Source: a virus (Duplodnaviria; Heunggongvirae; Uroviricota; Caudoviricetes). From it: a stretch of DNA of 64,000 bases. The stretch lies in IMG/VR virus record IMGVR_UViG_3300029537_000168; one strand, 5' to 3'. Position 1 is the stretch's first letter. Each line of letters opens with the position of its first letter. The position numbers and the translations under genes were made by a program. Of this stretch, positions 8,478 to 17,338 are shown in pieces. The notes beneath the pieces were generated by a model that worked only from the letters and a program-made list of their open reading frames with translations, did not search any database and was not told where the DNA came from.

Positions 8478-9046
8478 ACGCCCAGGTATTTACAGATTCC
8501 CTGCACATGCAGCGTGACAATCTTCTGGCGGCCTTCATCCGACAGAAGGAAGTCCACATCTTCGCGATTGTCCTGGAAAAGGTTTTCAGTCAGCACAGCC
8601 GGGCATACGGTGTGCTTCAGAATATAGAAACCGCTTTCCTTGTCGCTGTCGCCGTCGGCGGTGTCCTTGCGAATCTTCATGCCTTTCAGCACCTGCTCCG
8701 CACTCTGATACAGACATTCGGCCAGTTTGTCGGCCTTGGTCTGACCTACGCTGGTCCATGCCTCCCATCCGCGTGCGGTCATCCACTGCGTGCCGCTTCC
8801 GGCAGCGTTACAATGGACGGATACCAGGATGCTGTCTTTCACCCGGTTGGCGCGTGCGCACCGTTCCTGAAGCGAAATGTCTTCCTCTTCCGGAACGAGC
8901 AGCTGCACGTCGAGCCCTTTCTTCTTTAGCGCATCCACCACGCGGCGTGCAATGTCGCGTGCATAGGCATATTCACGCAACCGTCCGTCGGGCGACTGCT
9001 TCCCATTGGTGTCTGCACCATGACCGTTATCAATCCAGATTCTCAT
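8474..9046 (-). CDS. N-acetylmuramoyl-L-alanine amidase (Amidase_3-type endolysin)
   Basis: Motifs IDNGHGADTNG, SVHCNA and LTENLFQDN are typical of MurNAc-LAA. Confidence 0.85.
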   Translation of the reverse strand: MRIWIDNGHGADTNGKQSPDGRLREYAYARDIARRVVDALKKKGLDVQLLVPEEEDISLQERCARANRVKDSILVSVHCNAAGSGTQWMTARGWEAWTSVGQTKADKLAECLYQSAEQVLKGMKIRKDTADGDSDKESGFYILKHTVCPAVLTENLFQDNREDVDFLLSDEGRQKIVTLHVQGICKYLGV

Positions 9047-9082
9047 GTCGTGTCTAGTTTAGTTTGTGTGTTGTGACTGTGG

Positions 9083-9658
9083 TTATGCAGAAGCCAGAAC
9101 CCCGGCCTTTTCAAGCTCGTCAATCAGCTTGTTCAGTACGGTATGTGCATCTTCCGAACCTGTAGCATCTGTTACATGGGCACCCTGTTTTACAATTCCG
9201 GGCTTTGCTGTTGTAGCATTGGTATATGTGGTGTCTGTCCAGTTTACCGTGACATACGCTTTACCTGCTCCGTCTACTCTTACAGCATAGTTCTTCCCGC
9301 TTTCTGAAAATCCGGTCTGGATTCCTCCCAAAGCAGAGTCGCTGGCTTTCGGGAGCACATAGCTTTCACCTCCTCCGCCACCACCGGCTGCTGCGGTATC
9401 CTTGATGACCAATGCCTTGACTTTTTTCACCTCCACATCGCTCAGAAGCCGTACCTTCATGCCGGCAGGTACATTGATTTCAATTACTGAATTTGTGAAA
9501 TTCACCGTATCCATTGCGACGGGTTCCATGGAGTCAATAAACTGGGAGATTGAAAGCCTTCCGCTTTTCACACCCTGAATCTGCACCATTGTACGTCCTT
9601 CGGAAGTATATTCGGCCACATAGCCTTCAGCTCCCTTCTTAAAACTGATTTCGTCCAT
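9083..9658 (-). CDS. Virion fibre-like protein with a poly-Gly linker, sharing a C-terminal module with the ORF at 26602..27456
   Basis: Contains AAAGGGGGGE. The C-terminus ALGGIQTGF...IVKQGAHVTDATGSEDAHTVLNKLIDELEKAGVLASA parallels the C-terminus of 26602..27456. Confidence 0.5.
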   Translation of the reverse strand: MDEISFKKGAEGYVAEYTSEGRTMVQIQGVKSGRLSISQFIDSMEPVAMDTVNFTNSVIEINVPAGMKVRLLSDVEVKKVKALVIKDTAAAGGGGGGESYVLPKASDSALGGIQTGFSESGKNYAVRVDGAGKAYVTVNWTDTTYTNATTAKPGIVKQGAHVTDATGSEDAHTVLNKLIDELEKAGVLASA

Positions 9659-9687
9659 TGTTTGTGTTGTGTTTTTGGTTTGTAACT

Positions 9688-10320
9688 CTATTTATAGGGA
9701 TTCTCCCGGTATTCCGGAAGAATGAACTGTATGTTCACCGCTGCATCGTGCAGCACCTTGTGGGTTTGTTCCTCACTTACCTCCATTTCGTCGGTAAACT
9801 CGCAGAAGATGTTTCCTACCCAGTCGGAAGCGCTGTTCAGCCTCTTTATGGCTACGGCGCGACAGCCATTGGTTATAAACAGGGATTTGGCCATCTTGTC
9901 CTTCACTTGAGAGTCTATATCCGTATAGCAGAGAAAAAGGTTTTCGGCCAGTCCTCTGCTGAATACTGCCATTTCGCTCATGGGGAGCCGCTGCACATTA
10001 TCCTTCATGCCCGACACCCCCTTGCGTTTCACTTCGAAATAGATGGAAAGGAAGGCTGCGTTACCCAGTGGGTGCGGCTGTACGATGTACACCCTGTCGG
10101 CCTTTGTCTCGTAGAGCACCTTCCACAGTTCGCCGAATACCTTTGCCGTATTCTCGCTTCGCTTGAAGCTAAGACGTTCGGTTTCCTGCTTGTACCGTTC
10201 CAACTTCATATCGTTCATCTTGTCACGATACTTCTGCGTCATTTTATTGTACTGAGTAAGAATAAAGGTACCCACGGAAACTACAGCTGCGCTTATGGCC
10301 GTCACCATTTCTGCGTCCAT
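9688..10320 (-). CDS. Hypothetical protein with an N-terminal transmembrane helix
   Basis: 210-aa ORF between the holin and the fibre-like gene. Confidence 0.5.
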   Translation of the reverse strand: MDAEMVTAISAAVVSVGTFILTQYNKMTQKYRDKMNDMKLERYKQETERLSFKRSENTAKVFGELWKVLYETKADRVYIVQPHPLGNAAFLSIYFEVKRKGVSGMKDNVQRLPMSEMAVFSRGLAENLFLCYTDIDSQVKDKMAKSLFITNGCRAVAIKRLNSASDWVGNIFCEFTDEMEVSEEQTHKVLHDAAVNIQFILPEYRENPYK

Positions 10321-10344
10321 TCCGTGCCTCCTTCCGATTTCCCG

Positions 10345-10743
10345 TTATTCCATCTCTTCCGTATTATCCTTAAAAAGAGCGGCAATAGCTTTTACCACAT
10401 CGTAGAAACCGCATCCGCTAAGGCCGGCAGCCAGTCCGTAAATAAGCGTTCCCCACCATTGGTATCCTTCGAGCAGAGGAGTAAGCTGAAGCGCCCATGC
10501 CAGCACGCACACCACCATACCTACCGCCACGCTCACACCGATTTTTGCGAACTTGCTTTCTGAAATGGCAGGAATGACTTTCAGGATCTGTGTCACGATG
10601 GCCGAAATAAGTGCTACGATTCCGGTAAACGTGCCCAGGTCGATTACAAATCCGGCAGTAGAAGGTTCAGAGGTTACAGCTTCCTGTGCGAAAACGGTCA
10701 CTGCAGAGATCAGCATTGCAAACAATAAAATCATCTTTTTCAT
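10345..10743 (-). CDS. Holin-like small membrane protein
   Basis: 132 aa with several hydrophobic helices and a charged C-terminus. It is the first gene of the lysis cassette upstream of the amidase. Confidence 0.5.
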   Translation of the reverse strand: MKKMILLFAMLISAVTVFAQEAVTSEPSTAGFVIDLGTFTGIVALISAIVTQILKVIPAISESKFAKIGVSVAVGMVVCVLAWALQLTPLLEGYQWWGTLIYGLAAGLSGCGFYDVVKAIAALFKDNTEEME

Positions 10744-10861
10744 TTTGTCGTCGTTTTTAGTTAAACATTTGGTTTTTGTTGCAATGCAAAGTTACGAAGA
10801 GCACATTGGAGAATGAAGGACAAAAAAAACGACGGTTTCTCGGCGGACAAAAACAAGAAAG

Positions 10862-10893
10862 GAGACAATCGCTTGTCTCCTTTCTGTGTTGAT
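10862..10893 (-). terminator. Intrinsic terminator-like hairpin upstream of the lysis cassette
   Basis: ggagaca-atcgct-tgtctcc is a 7-bp stem, followed on the minus strand by cttgtttttgtcc. Confidence 0.35.
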
Positions 10894-11176
10894 AAAACTC
10901 TCATCGAAGAAGGGAATCCCTGTTTTCCCTATCACGCCGCTAAATTACAAAAAATATTTATTTCCGAATAAAACGGATATGTTTTTTTGATAATTGAATG
11001 CTTATTTGCACTTTAAAACAATAAAAAGGGGAATATACCTCTCTTGGAAATATCCCCCTTTATGCATCTAATAATTCATTAAGAATTATAGCTGCAAATA
11101 TAGCTTTTTATTATGATTGACATTTTGTTTATGCTTAATTTTTAATATATTTATAGTGCATCTAATAATAATCATT

Positions 11177-12322
11177 ATGAATAAAATTAAGTATGAGCTT
11201 GTAACACATCGTGTACACGGAGGAATGCTAGCTATTTTTGTGAAATGTTCACAGTATGGTTCTGTAATAGAACTAGATACTAATGTCAGAGTGTTTAATG
11301 ACGAATGGAGTGAAGAATCCGGACTTATTTCTAAAAGTCCAAATGCCGCTAATCTTAACCTGCTAATCAGAAAACTTGTGTATAACCTGGAAGAGATTGA
11401 ACTAACTTATTCTGGAGAAATTACATTGTCTAAATTGCATGACATATATTCAAAACGTGGAGCTTCTGCAGACTGGTATGCAATGTGGGAAAAATCCATG
11501 AATGAAAGAGGGTTAAAACCTCAGACTATAGAAATACATGCAAATGTTTTGAAGACTATAAAAAAATTCAAAGGTTCTTGTCCTGTCATATCATTGACAG
11601 AGGATTTCTTCCGCGGATTCATGGGATTTTTAATTAATTCCGGACTTAAATATTCAACCGTATGCAAGGAAATGCATGTTGTTAAGACATATTATAATAT
11701 CGCACGTAAATTGTATGGGAATAAGGTTCCATCGGATGCATTCGCTTTTTACCATGATCCAAAAGACCTGAACAATACTTATAAACTGAAGTCGTTAAGT
11801 GATGATGACATACGTAAGATTGAGAATTATGTAGCATCTGGGACGTTATCAGAAAGTAAAAAGCTAACTATCAATCAATTCTTATTCATGAGCTATTCTG
11901 GAACTAGGATAAGTGATTTTGCTTCTCTCAACGAAAAGAGCTTCAAGTTGGAAAATGATCGGATTTGGCTTGAATATAATTCCGTAAAAACAAATACACA
12001 TGTCAGAATACCTCTTTTTGCTCTGTTTGATGGAAGAGGTGAGCAAATATATAGCCAGTATCAGAATCGGCTTTCAGAGTTTTTTTATGTGGGGAGCAAT
12101 TGCAGATTCAATTCAAGGTTATCTTCCGCTCTTAAAGGAAGTGGACTTAACAAGCATGTAACCGCTCACGTTGCAAGACATACTTGCGCAAGCAGATTGA
12201 TTAATAGAAATGTTCCTATAACTACAATACAGCAAGTAATCGGTCATAGACAAATAAAGACTACGATGATATATGCAAAGATTGACGACAATTCGTTTGT
12301 AAGACAATTAAAAGGATTGTAA
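11177..12322 (+). CDS. int: Tyrosine recombinase / phage integrase
   Basis: C-terminal catalytic region HVARHTCASRLI...IQQVIGHRQIKTTMIYAKI carries the R..H..R..Y signature. It is a lone plus-strand gene among minus-strand late genes. The real start is MNKIKYEL at 11177. Confidence 0.85.
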   Translation: MNKIKYELVTHRVHGGMLAIFVKCSQYGSVIELDTNVRVFNDEWSEESGLISKSPNAANLNLLIRKLVYNLEEIELTYSGEITLSKLHDIYSKRGASADWYAMWEKSMNERGLKPQTIEIHANVLKTIKKFKGSCPVISLTEDFFRGFMGFLINSGLKYSTVCKEMHVVKTYYNIARKLYGNKVPSDAFAFYHDPKDLNNTYKLKSLSDDDIRKIENYVASGTLSESKKLTINQFLFMSYSGTRISDFASLNEKSFKLENDRIWLEYNSVKTNTHVRIPLFALFDGRGEQIYSQYQNRLSEFFYVGSNCRFNSRLSSALKGSGLNKHVTAHVARHTCASRLINRNVPITTIQQVIGHRQIKTTMIYAKIDDNSFVRQLKGL

Positions 12323-12323
12323 A

Positions 12324-12348
12324 AAGCCTCTTTGCGAGGCTTTTTACA
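12324..12348. terminator. Bidirectional intrinsic terminator after int
   Basis: aagcctc-tttgc-gaggctt hairpin flanked by A-run and T-run. Confidence 0.6.
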
Positions 12349-12673
12349 AGTTCTGGCGGGACTTATTGGGATTAATAGCACGGTAACAACAATACTTCAA
12401 GTTGGGGAATCCGTTGAAATAGGAGAAACTAACACGGCAAGTATATATTTACTTTCAATTCGTGCTAGTGCTAGTAATACGGAGTATCTAGCTACGTACA
12501 TATTAGCATGGGCATCCGTATATGCTGCTGGTATAACTAAAATATCTGAATATAGCTACACAAGTAATGTTACGCTAGAGGTATCCAGAACCGGTACTGA
12601 CAAATATAAAATTACATATAAGACTGGGAATGTATCTTCTGTCGAGCTGAAGTATTCTCTTCGGAAATTAATA

Positions 12674-13237
12674 TTATAGTTGTTTCCATGATGTCCAACT
12701 ATTATAATGCATTCTTATATATGCTAATCCATTATCTCCACCTGCACATAATTGCATACGAATCCATCCGTCACAAGAAAATGCAACTAATATGCCATAA
12801 TTCACGGGCATATTGTCCTGTTGTGAGTCAAATTTATAAACTCCGTTATTTACGGTATTGGCATCACCTTCCAAATTTAATCCAATAGCACTCAGGAAAC
12901 CTGATTTTGACATTAATCCATCATTTTTTAAAGTAGCCGTTCCAATAAGTTCCGCCAGAACTGACGCAACCTGCTCTTTTGTCATTACTCCGACGGCATT
13001 TCCGGCGGCATTCACGGCCACAAAACTGGAGATGTCTTCCAAAGCTGGGAGAGCCAGTGTAGACTTCTTCAAAAGTTCCGTTTTCGACACCTTATGCGGC
13101 ACGCCGTTTGTATCGTACACCTGTACCGTTTCACCATCTTCTTCCGTTGTCTGATTCTTCATACTTTCTGTATGTTTCAATAGATTGTCAGTTTCTTCAC
13201 CTGTAAAGCTTAATACAAAATCTTCTTCTGCTGCCAT
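12674..13237 (-). CDS. Hypothetical tail-associated protein
   Basis: 187-aa ORF at the distal end of the tail module. Confidence 0.45.
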   Translation of the reverse strand: MAAEEDFVLSFTGEETDNLLKHTESMKNQTTEEDGETVQVYDTNGVPHKVSKTELLKKSTLALPALEDISSFVAVNAAGNAVGVMTKEQVASVLAELIGTATLKNDGLMSKSGFLSAIGLNLEGDANTVNNGVYKFDSQQDNMPVNYGILVAFSCDGWIRMQLCAGGDNGLAYIRMHYNSWTSWKQL

Positions 13238-13290
13238 AATTGTTTTTAATTTATAGTTATTAATGATATTACCAACATTGTATATTATAA

Positions 13291-13551
13291 TTATCTCATT
13301 GCATCATTAAGCCCAGCAAGAAACCATGGAAGAAGCGACGCTGCATGATGTCTTACCCTGTTAACTTCATCATCTGAAAATTCGGTATCGTCATCGCTGG
13401 AAAAAATTTTCTCAGCCAATTTTAAATCAGCAATACCAACTCCTGTCACATTGAAAATGTTATCTGCAAACATTTCTCTGACATCAATCTCCACGAAATC
13501 GGATTTATCTATCTTCGTGTACTTCTTAAATTTCTTAAAATCTATTTTCAT
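13291..13551 (-). CDS. Hypothetical small protein
   Basis: 86-aa ORF. Confidence 0.35.
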   Translation of the reverse strand: MKIDFKKFKKYTKIDKSDFVEIDVREMFADNIFNVTGVGIADLKLAEKIFSSDDDTEFSDDEVNRVRHHAASLLPWFLAGLNDAMR

Positions 13552-13553
13552 GA

Positions 13554-16500
13554 TTAATCGACTAAAATTCCATTTTCAAAAACCAGTTTATACGTTGAAG
13601 GTATCGAACCATTCTGTATAGTCCATGATATTGTTCTCGTTGCTCCTTTTTTGTATGTATATGATCCATCGGCTTGCAATGACCATCCGGTACCGAACTC
13701 ATTAGACAATATCGTATTGGTATAAAGATTTCCGTTTACATGTACTCCTCCGTCAAAATATCCGGCATAAGTATTAGAACTATGTGGCTTGCTAGTACCG
13801 TTCCTTGAAGCATAGATGCATGCTCCACCGTCATTGCTTCCAATTACTTTAACCCCAAATTTCCCGTCAGTCGCACCATTGAAATTTATGTCAATCATAC
13901 CACTGTTATCATCCGTAGGAACACCAATCCGTATACTCCTGCTATCATTGCCGAAAAAATCCCTTCCCTTCCAATTCAAGGAACCGTTGTCTATAGTGAA
14001 ACCTCCAATCTTAGCACCATCGGCAGATATTGTTCCGGAAAAAGTACCTTTAGCGGCTTTCAGTTCACCCGAAAATGTACCGTCCGCACCATCCAGATGT
14101 TTCACTTTTAACGAGTTTACATCTATGCACTCTGTAAGAAGAAGTGGTTTCCCATTTTTAACCGTAAACACGGCTATTCCTTTCCCTTCAGAACTTTTAA
14201 TTTTAAACTTATCTGAAGAAATAACAATCTCATTTTTTTCGATGTCAATACCCGTAGCACCAAGTTTAATTGAGATATTTTTCTCTGCTACATCTACAAC
14301 GCTTTCACCATTTGACAACAATATTCTTGCTGCACGTACCTCTATTTCTCCAGAAGCAAGTCTGATATAATTTGTCTTGTCCCTATTACCGATATATGTC
14401 TTTCCATAAACATTAAAGTATCCTTCTTTAGTTAGACGATCATATCCGATTGAAACTATATCTTTCCCTGAGAGGGAGTAAGAACTTATCCCCTGATAGA
14501 AGGTAAGAGAAGGCGCACCGTCTCCGTATGCAGACAACACGATTGCAGCCTGATAGTCCGGGTCGGCTATGTCTCCAAGTTGTACCATCACGTCACCCAC
14601 TTTGGGTATATCGCTTCCTTCGTCACAATGATTCACGGATACATCTATCCAGTTATCACCAACATTTTCCACCAGACGCCACCAATAGTGATTGGATACG
14701 CCGTCATACGCGCCTTCCTTAATATTAAAGGACTGTGAGCGTACTAAATTCCCTGGCTTAAAACGATTTTCTATGGCTTTCTCACCATCATCTGCAAGGA
14801 AGTAACAGCGATAAACAGAACCATAAGTTCCAGGAGATGAGTAACCTCTTTTCCCGTCTGAGAACTTGACTCCTTTACCATCCTTGAAACGAATTCCTTT
14901 TTTTTCTATAAACTCGACCTTAGTAATCGTTGCTCTGGCCCCGCTGGCGTTGAACATGAAGGAAGCTCCGGCCAGCTCGGTCTCCATTATTGAAAGTAAC
15001 TGGAAGATAGCTTTCTTGCGCACGTACAGTTTGTCAATCCATCCGACAGACTCGCCGCCCTTTTCTGAAGAGAATGACATACCAGCACCCATCATACCGG
15101 TCACGAAGTCAATTGATTCCAGGAAAGGAGATATGATACCGCCAAGAAGCTTAATGAGATAGTTTGTCTGGTCTTCCTTGTCCTTTCTCAATAATGTTGC
15201 AAGTGACCGTTTTGCCGAAAATACGTTACTGTCCGATGGGGCAGTAGAATCATTGGTCTTAATCACATATATGCTACTACCTCCGCCTCCAACATAAGTA
15301 TGCCCTTTATACGTAATCGACTCCAGTTTCTCTTCCACATCATTAAGGCGAGAGTAGGGCATACTTTCCCCAATAGTATATACCGGAGAATCCCATGGAA
15401 TGTCAAGGTTAAACTCCCATCCGAGAACACGGCTTTCACGGCCATTCTCAAAAAAGGCTTTATTGACCAGGTTTATCTTTTGCCCGAACTCGAAAAAGCG
15501 TTTCAGCTTGTCTTCATTAACCCATTCTGACCGGAGGGTAGTGTAGTATGTACCATCGTCCTTTTTTCGCTGGTCTGCTATCTTCTGTGCCTTCTCTTTC
15601 AGTTCCTGCTCCGCGTCCGGAATCATTTGTACAGAAACAAACTTTGGATCAAAACCGGAAAGGATATACTTGTCATCATTTTCAGGATATATGGTATCAT
15701 CCGGCAATGGACGTCCGTAGTCTTCGCTGCGGACAATTTCCCAAAGCTGGCTTCCGTTGTTGTCCGGGTCAAAAATAACACCGAACTCCAATCCATTCAT
15801 TTTGCCGGACTGAAAGATAATTGTCAGCTCTTGTCCCGGAAGTATGTAGTCCTTGGAGAAATTCAGGCCAGTATCACGATAGCGATAGTAAGTCACGGTT
15901 TCCTGACCTCCGTCTTCATTTGTAACGGTTTCCGTCCTCGTAGATACACTTGACATCGTACTTTCAAGTCGGGGATATACCTCGTCAAATACCACGATGT
16001 CTTCAATTGCTTCTTCCTGGCTCATGTCAGGATACACATCTATGTATGGCGTACCAGCGGGAAGCATAAGTCGTCTTTGCACAACTCCGTTTACTACCGT
16101 CTGCTCTTCAATGGAACGGTAGTTCTCAGGTATGTTTCTTGTAGATCCGAATGCATAAATGCGGGTGGCATAAGTGCCTTTGCTCTCACTGCGAGTCATG
16201 GCAGACGCTTCAACCCCTAACTCGATTTTCACGGCATCACCGAATTCGTTTCGCCCAAAATGAATTACGTTGTCCGTTATCCAGCAATCACAGTTCCACT
16301 TATCCTCACCCGCCATTGAGAATAAGGCATCCAGCAGGTTCATATTGTCATACGTCATTGCAACTGCCTTATTCTCTACTGTTGAATCTATTTCAAATAC
16401 GAATTCTTTTCCCTTATAGGTATATCCCAAAGCTTTCAGGTTACGTAAGAACACACCAAGCTGTACATCAAGGGCTGCGGTGAGAGACCATGACGCTTCA

Positions 16501-16862
16501 TATCCAGCATGTTCAGGAGTGTATTTGAAAATTTTGTTTTTCCACTTCCAGTAGTAAGCATCCAGTTTCAGCTCATAATCATATCCAGCGGTAGAAGCAT
16601 TGAAAGAAGGTTTCTGCAAGTCAGTTACCTCATATACTTTTGAAAGTAATCCGCCCAGAGAATCATCCAGAACCCCAGAAAGGTCTACATAGTCACCAAG
16701 TTTAAAATATATAGGTTCAGGCACGGAAAAGGGGAGAACGATGTAGTCCTCTTTCATCAGTGTAAACTTTCCCTTCGCCCCTTTGTTGATAGGGGTAGAG
16801 AACCTTGTTTTTCCGGATATGTCCTTAATTTCAATCATATCCCCAAAGTTCATAAATAACAA
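13554..16862 (-). CDS. Tail tip / receptor-binding tail protein (Tal-like, 1102 aa)
   Basis: A very large protein directly after the TMP and Dit-like genes, which is the siphovirus TMP-Dit-Tal order. Confidence 0.65.
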   Translation of the reverse strand: MLFMNFGDMIEIKDISGKTRFSTPINKGAKGKFTLMKEDYIVLPFSVPEPIYFKLGDYVDLSGVLDDSLGGLLSKVYEVTDLQKPSFNASTAGYDYELKLDAYYWKWKNKIFKYTPEHAGYEASWSLTAALDVQLGVFLRNLKALGYTYKGKEFVFEIDSTVENKAVAMTYDNMNLLDALFSMAGEDKWNCDCWITDNVIHFGRNEFGDAVKIELGVEASAMTRSESKGTYATRIYAFGSTRNIPENYRSIEEQTVVNGVVQRRLMLPAGTPYIDVYPDMSQEEAIEDIVVFDEVYPRLESTMSSVSTRTETVTNEDGGQETVTYYRYRDTGLNFSKDYILPGQELTIIFQSGKMNGLEFGVIFDPDNNGSQLWEIVRSEDYGRPLPDDTIYPENDDKYILSGFDPKFVSVQMIPDAEQELKEKAQKIADQRKKDDGTYYTTLRSEWVNEDKLKRFFEFGQKINLVNKAFFENGRESRVLGWEFNLDIPWDSPVYTIGESMPYSRLNDVEEKLESITYKGHTYVGGGGSSIYVIKTNDSTAPSDSNVFSAKRSLATLLRKDKEDQTNYLIKLLGGIISPFLESIDFVTGMMGAGMSFSSEKGGESVGWIDKLYVRKKAIFQLLSIMETELAGASFMFNASGARATITKVEFIEKKGIRFKDGKGVKFSDGKRGYSSPGTYGSVYRCYFLADDGEKAIENRFKPGNLVRSQSFNIKEGAYDGVSNHYWWRLVENVGDNWIDVSVNHCDEGSDIPKVGDVMVQLGDIADPDYQAAIVLSAYGDGAPSLTFYQGISSYSLSGKDIVSIGYDRLTKEGYFNVYGKTYIGNRDKTNYIRLASGEIEVRAARILLSNGESVVDVAEKNISIKLGATGIDIEKNEIVISSDKFKIKSSEGKGIAVFTVKNGKPLLLTECIDVNSLKVKHLDGADGTFSGELKAAKGTFSGTISADGAKIGGFTIDNGSLNWKGRDFFGNDSRSIRIGVPTDDNSGMIDINFNGATDGKFGVKVIGSNDGGACIYASRNGTSKPHSSNTYAGYFDGGVHVNGNLYTNTILSNEFGTGWSLQADGSYTYKKGATRTISWTIQNGSIPSTYKLVFENGILVD

Positions 16863-16915
16863 ATGGAAGCCCTAAAAATCCGGACTTCCATTTGAAACAA
16901 TAAAGGAAATGTTTG

Positions 16916-17338
16916 TTATTCGCTTCTGTCCATGGGATTCGGTTCGCAAAACTTACTTGAAACCTTACCGAAACACCTGTCAATACTTAACCCGTAAGAG
17001 ATGCTTTTCCCCAGGTAAACCAGCTTGAAGACTTCGCTCCCAAGAGCGGGGATTTTGATGTTTACGGCTCCCTTCTCCAGTTCTGACTGAAAGGCTTTCT
17101 TCTTTGTCCGATAGTCACCTTCTGAGTCTCCTTCTATGGTGAACTGGAGAGTGATTTCACGCGATGCTACTTTTGCATTGTCGGTTATTATTCGCTTCCC
17201 GTGCTCCAGACGGCTCTCATCTTCGATGTAGTCTTTCATCTGGTTGAATCCGTCGATAGCATCGAGAAAACTGTCACCCATGCGGACACCCCATGTGCTC
17301 CAGGCATCCTTCCCGTTAATAAATAAATCTCCTGTCAT
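16916..17338 (-). CDS. Distal tail protein (Dit-like)
   Basis: 140-aa ORF whose start overlaps the TMP stop. Call is positional. Confidence 0.45.
   Translation of the reverse strand: MTGDLFINGKDAWSTWGVRMGDSFLDAIDGFNQMKDYIEDESRLEHGKRIITDNAKVASREITLQFTIEGDSEGDYRTKKKAFQSELEKGAVNIKIPALGSEVFKLVYLGKSISYGLSIDRCFGKVSSKFCEPNPMDRSE

Noticed and set aside
12332-12679. 115-aa plus-strand ORF after int
   Set aside because: It starts inside the int terminator hairpin and has a Ser/Thr-rich low-complexity translation. This segment is more likely noncoding (candidate attP region).
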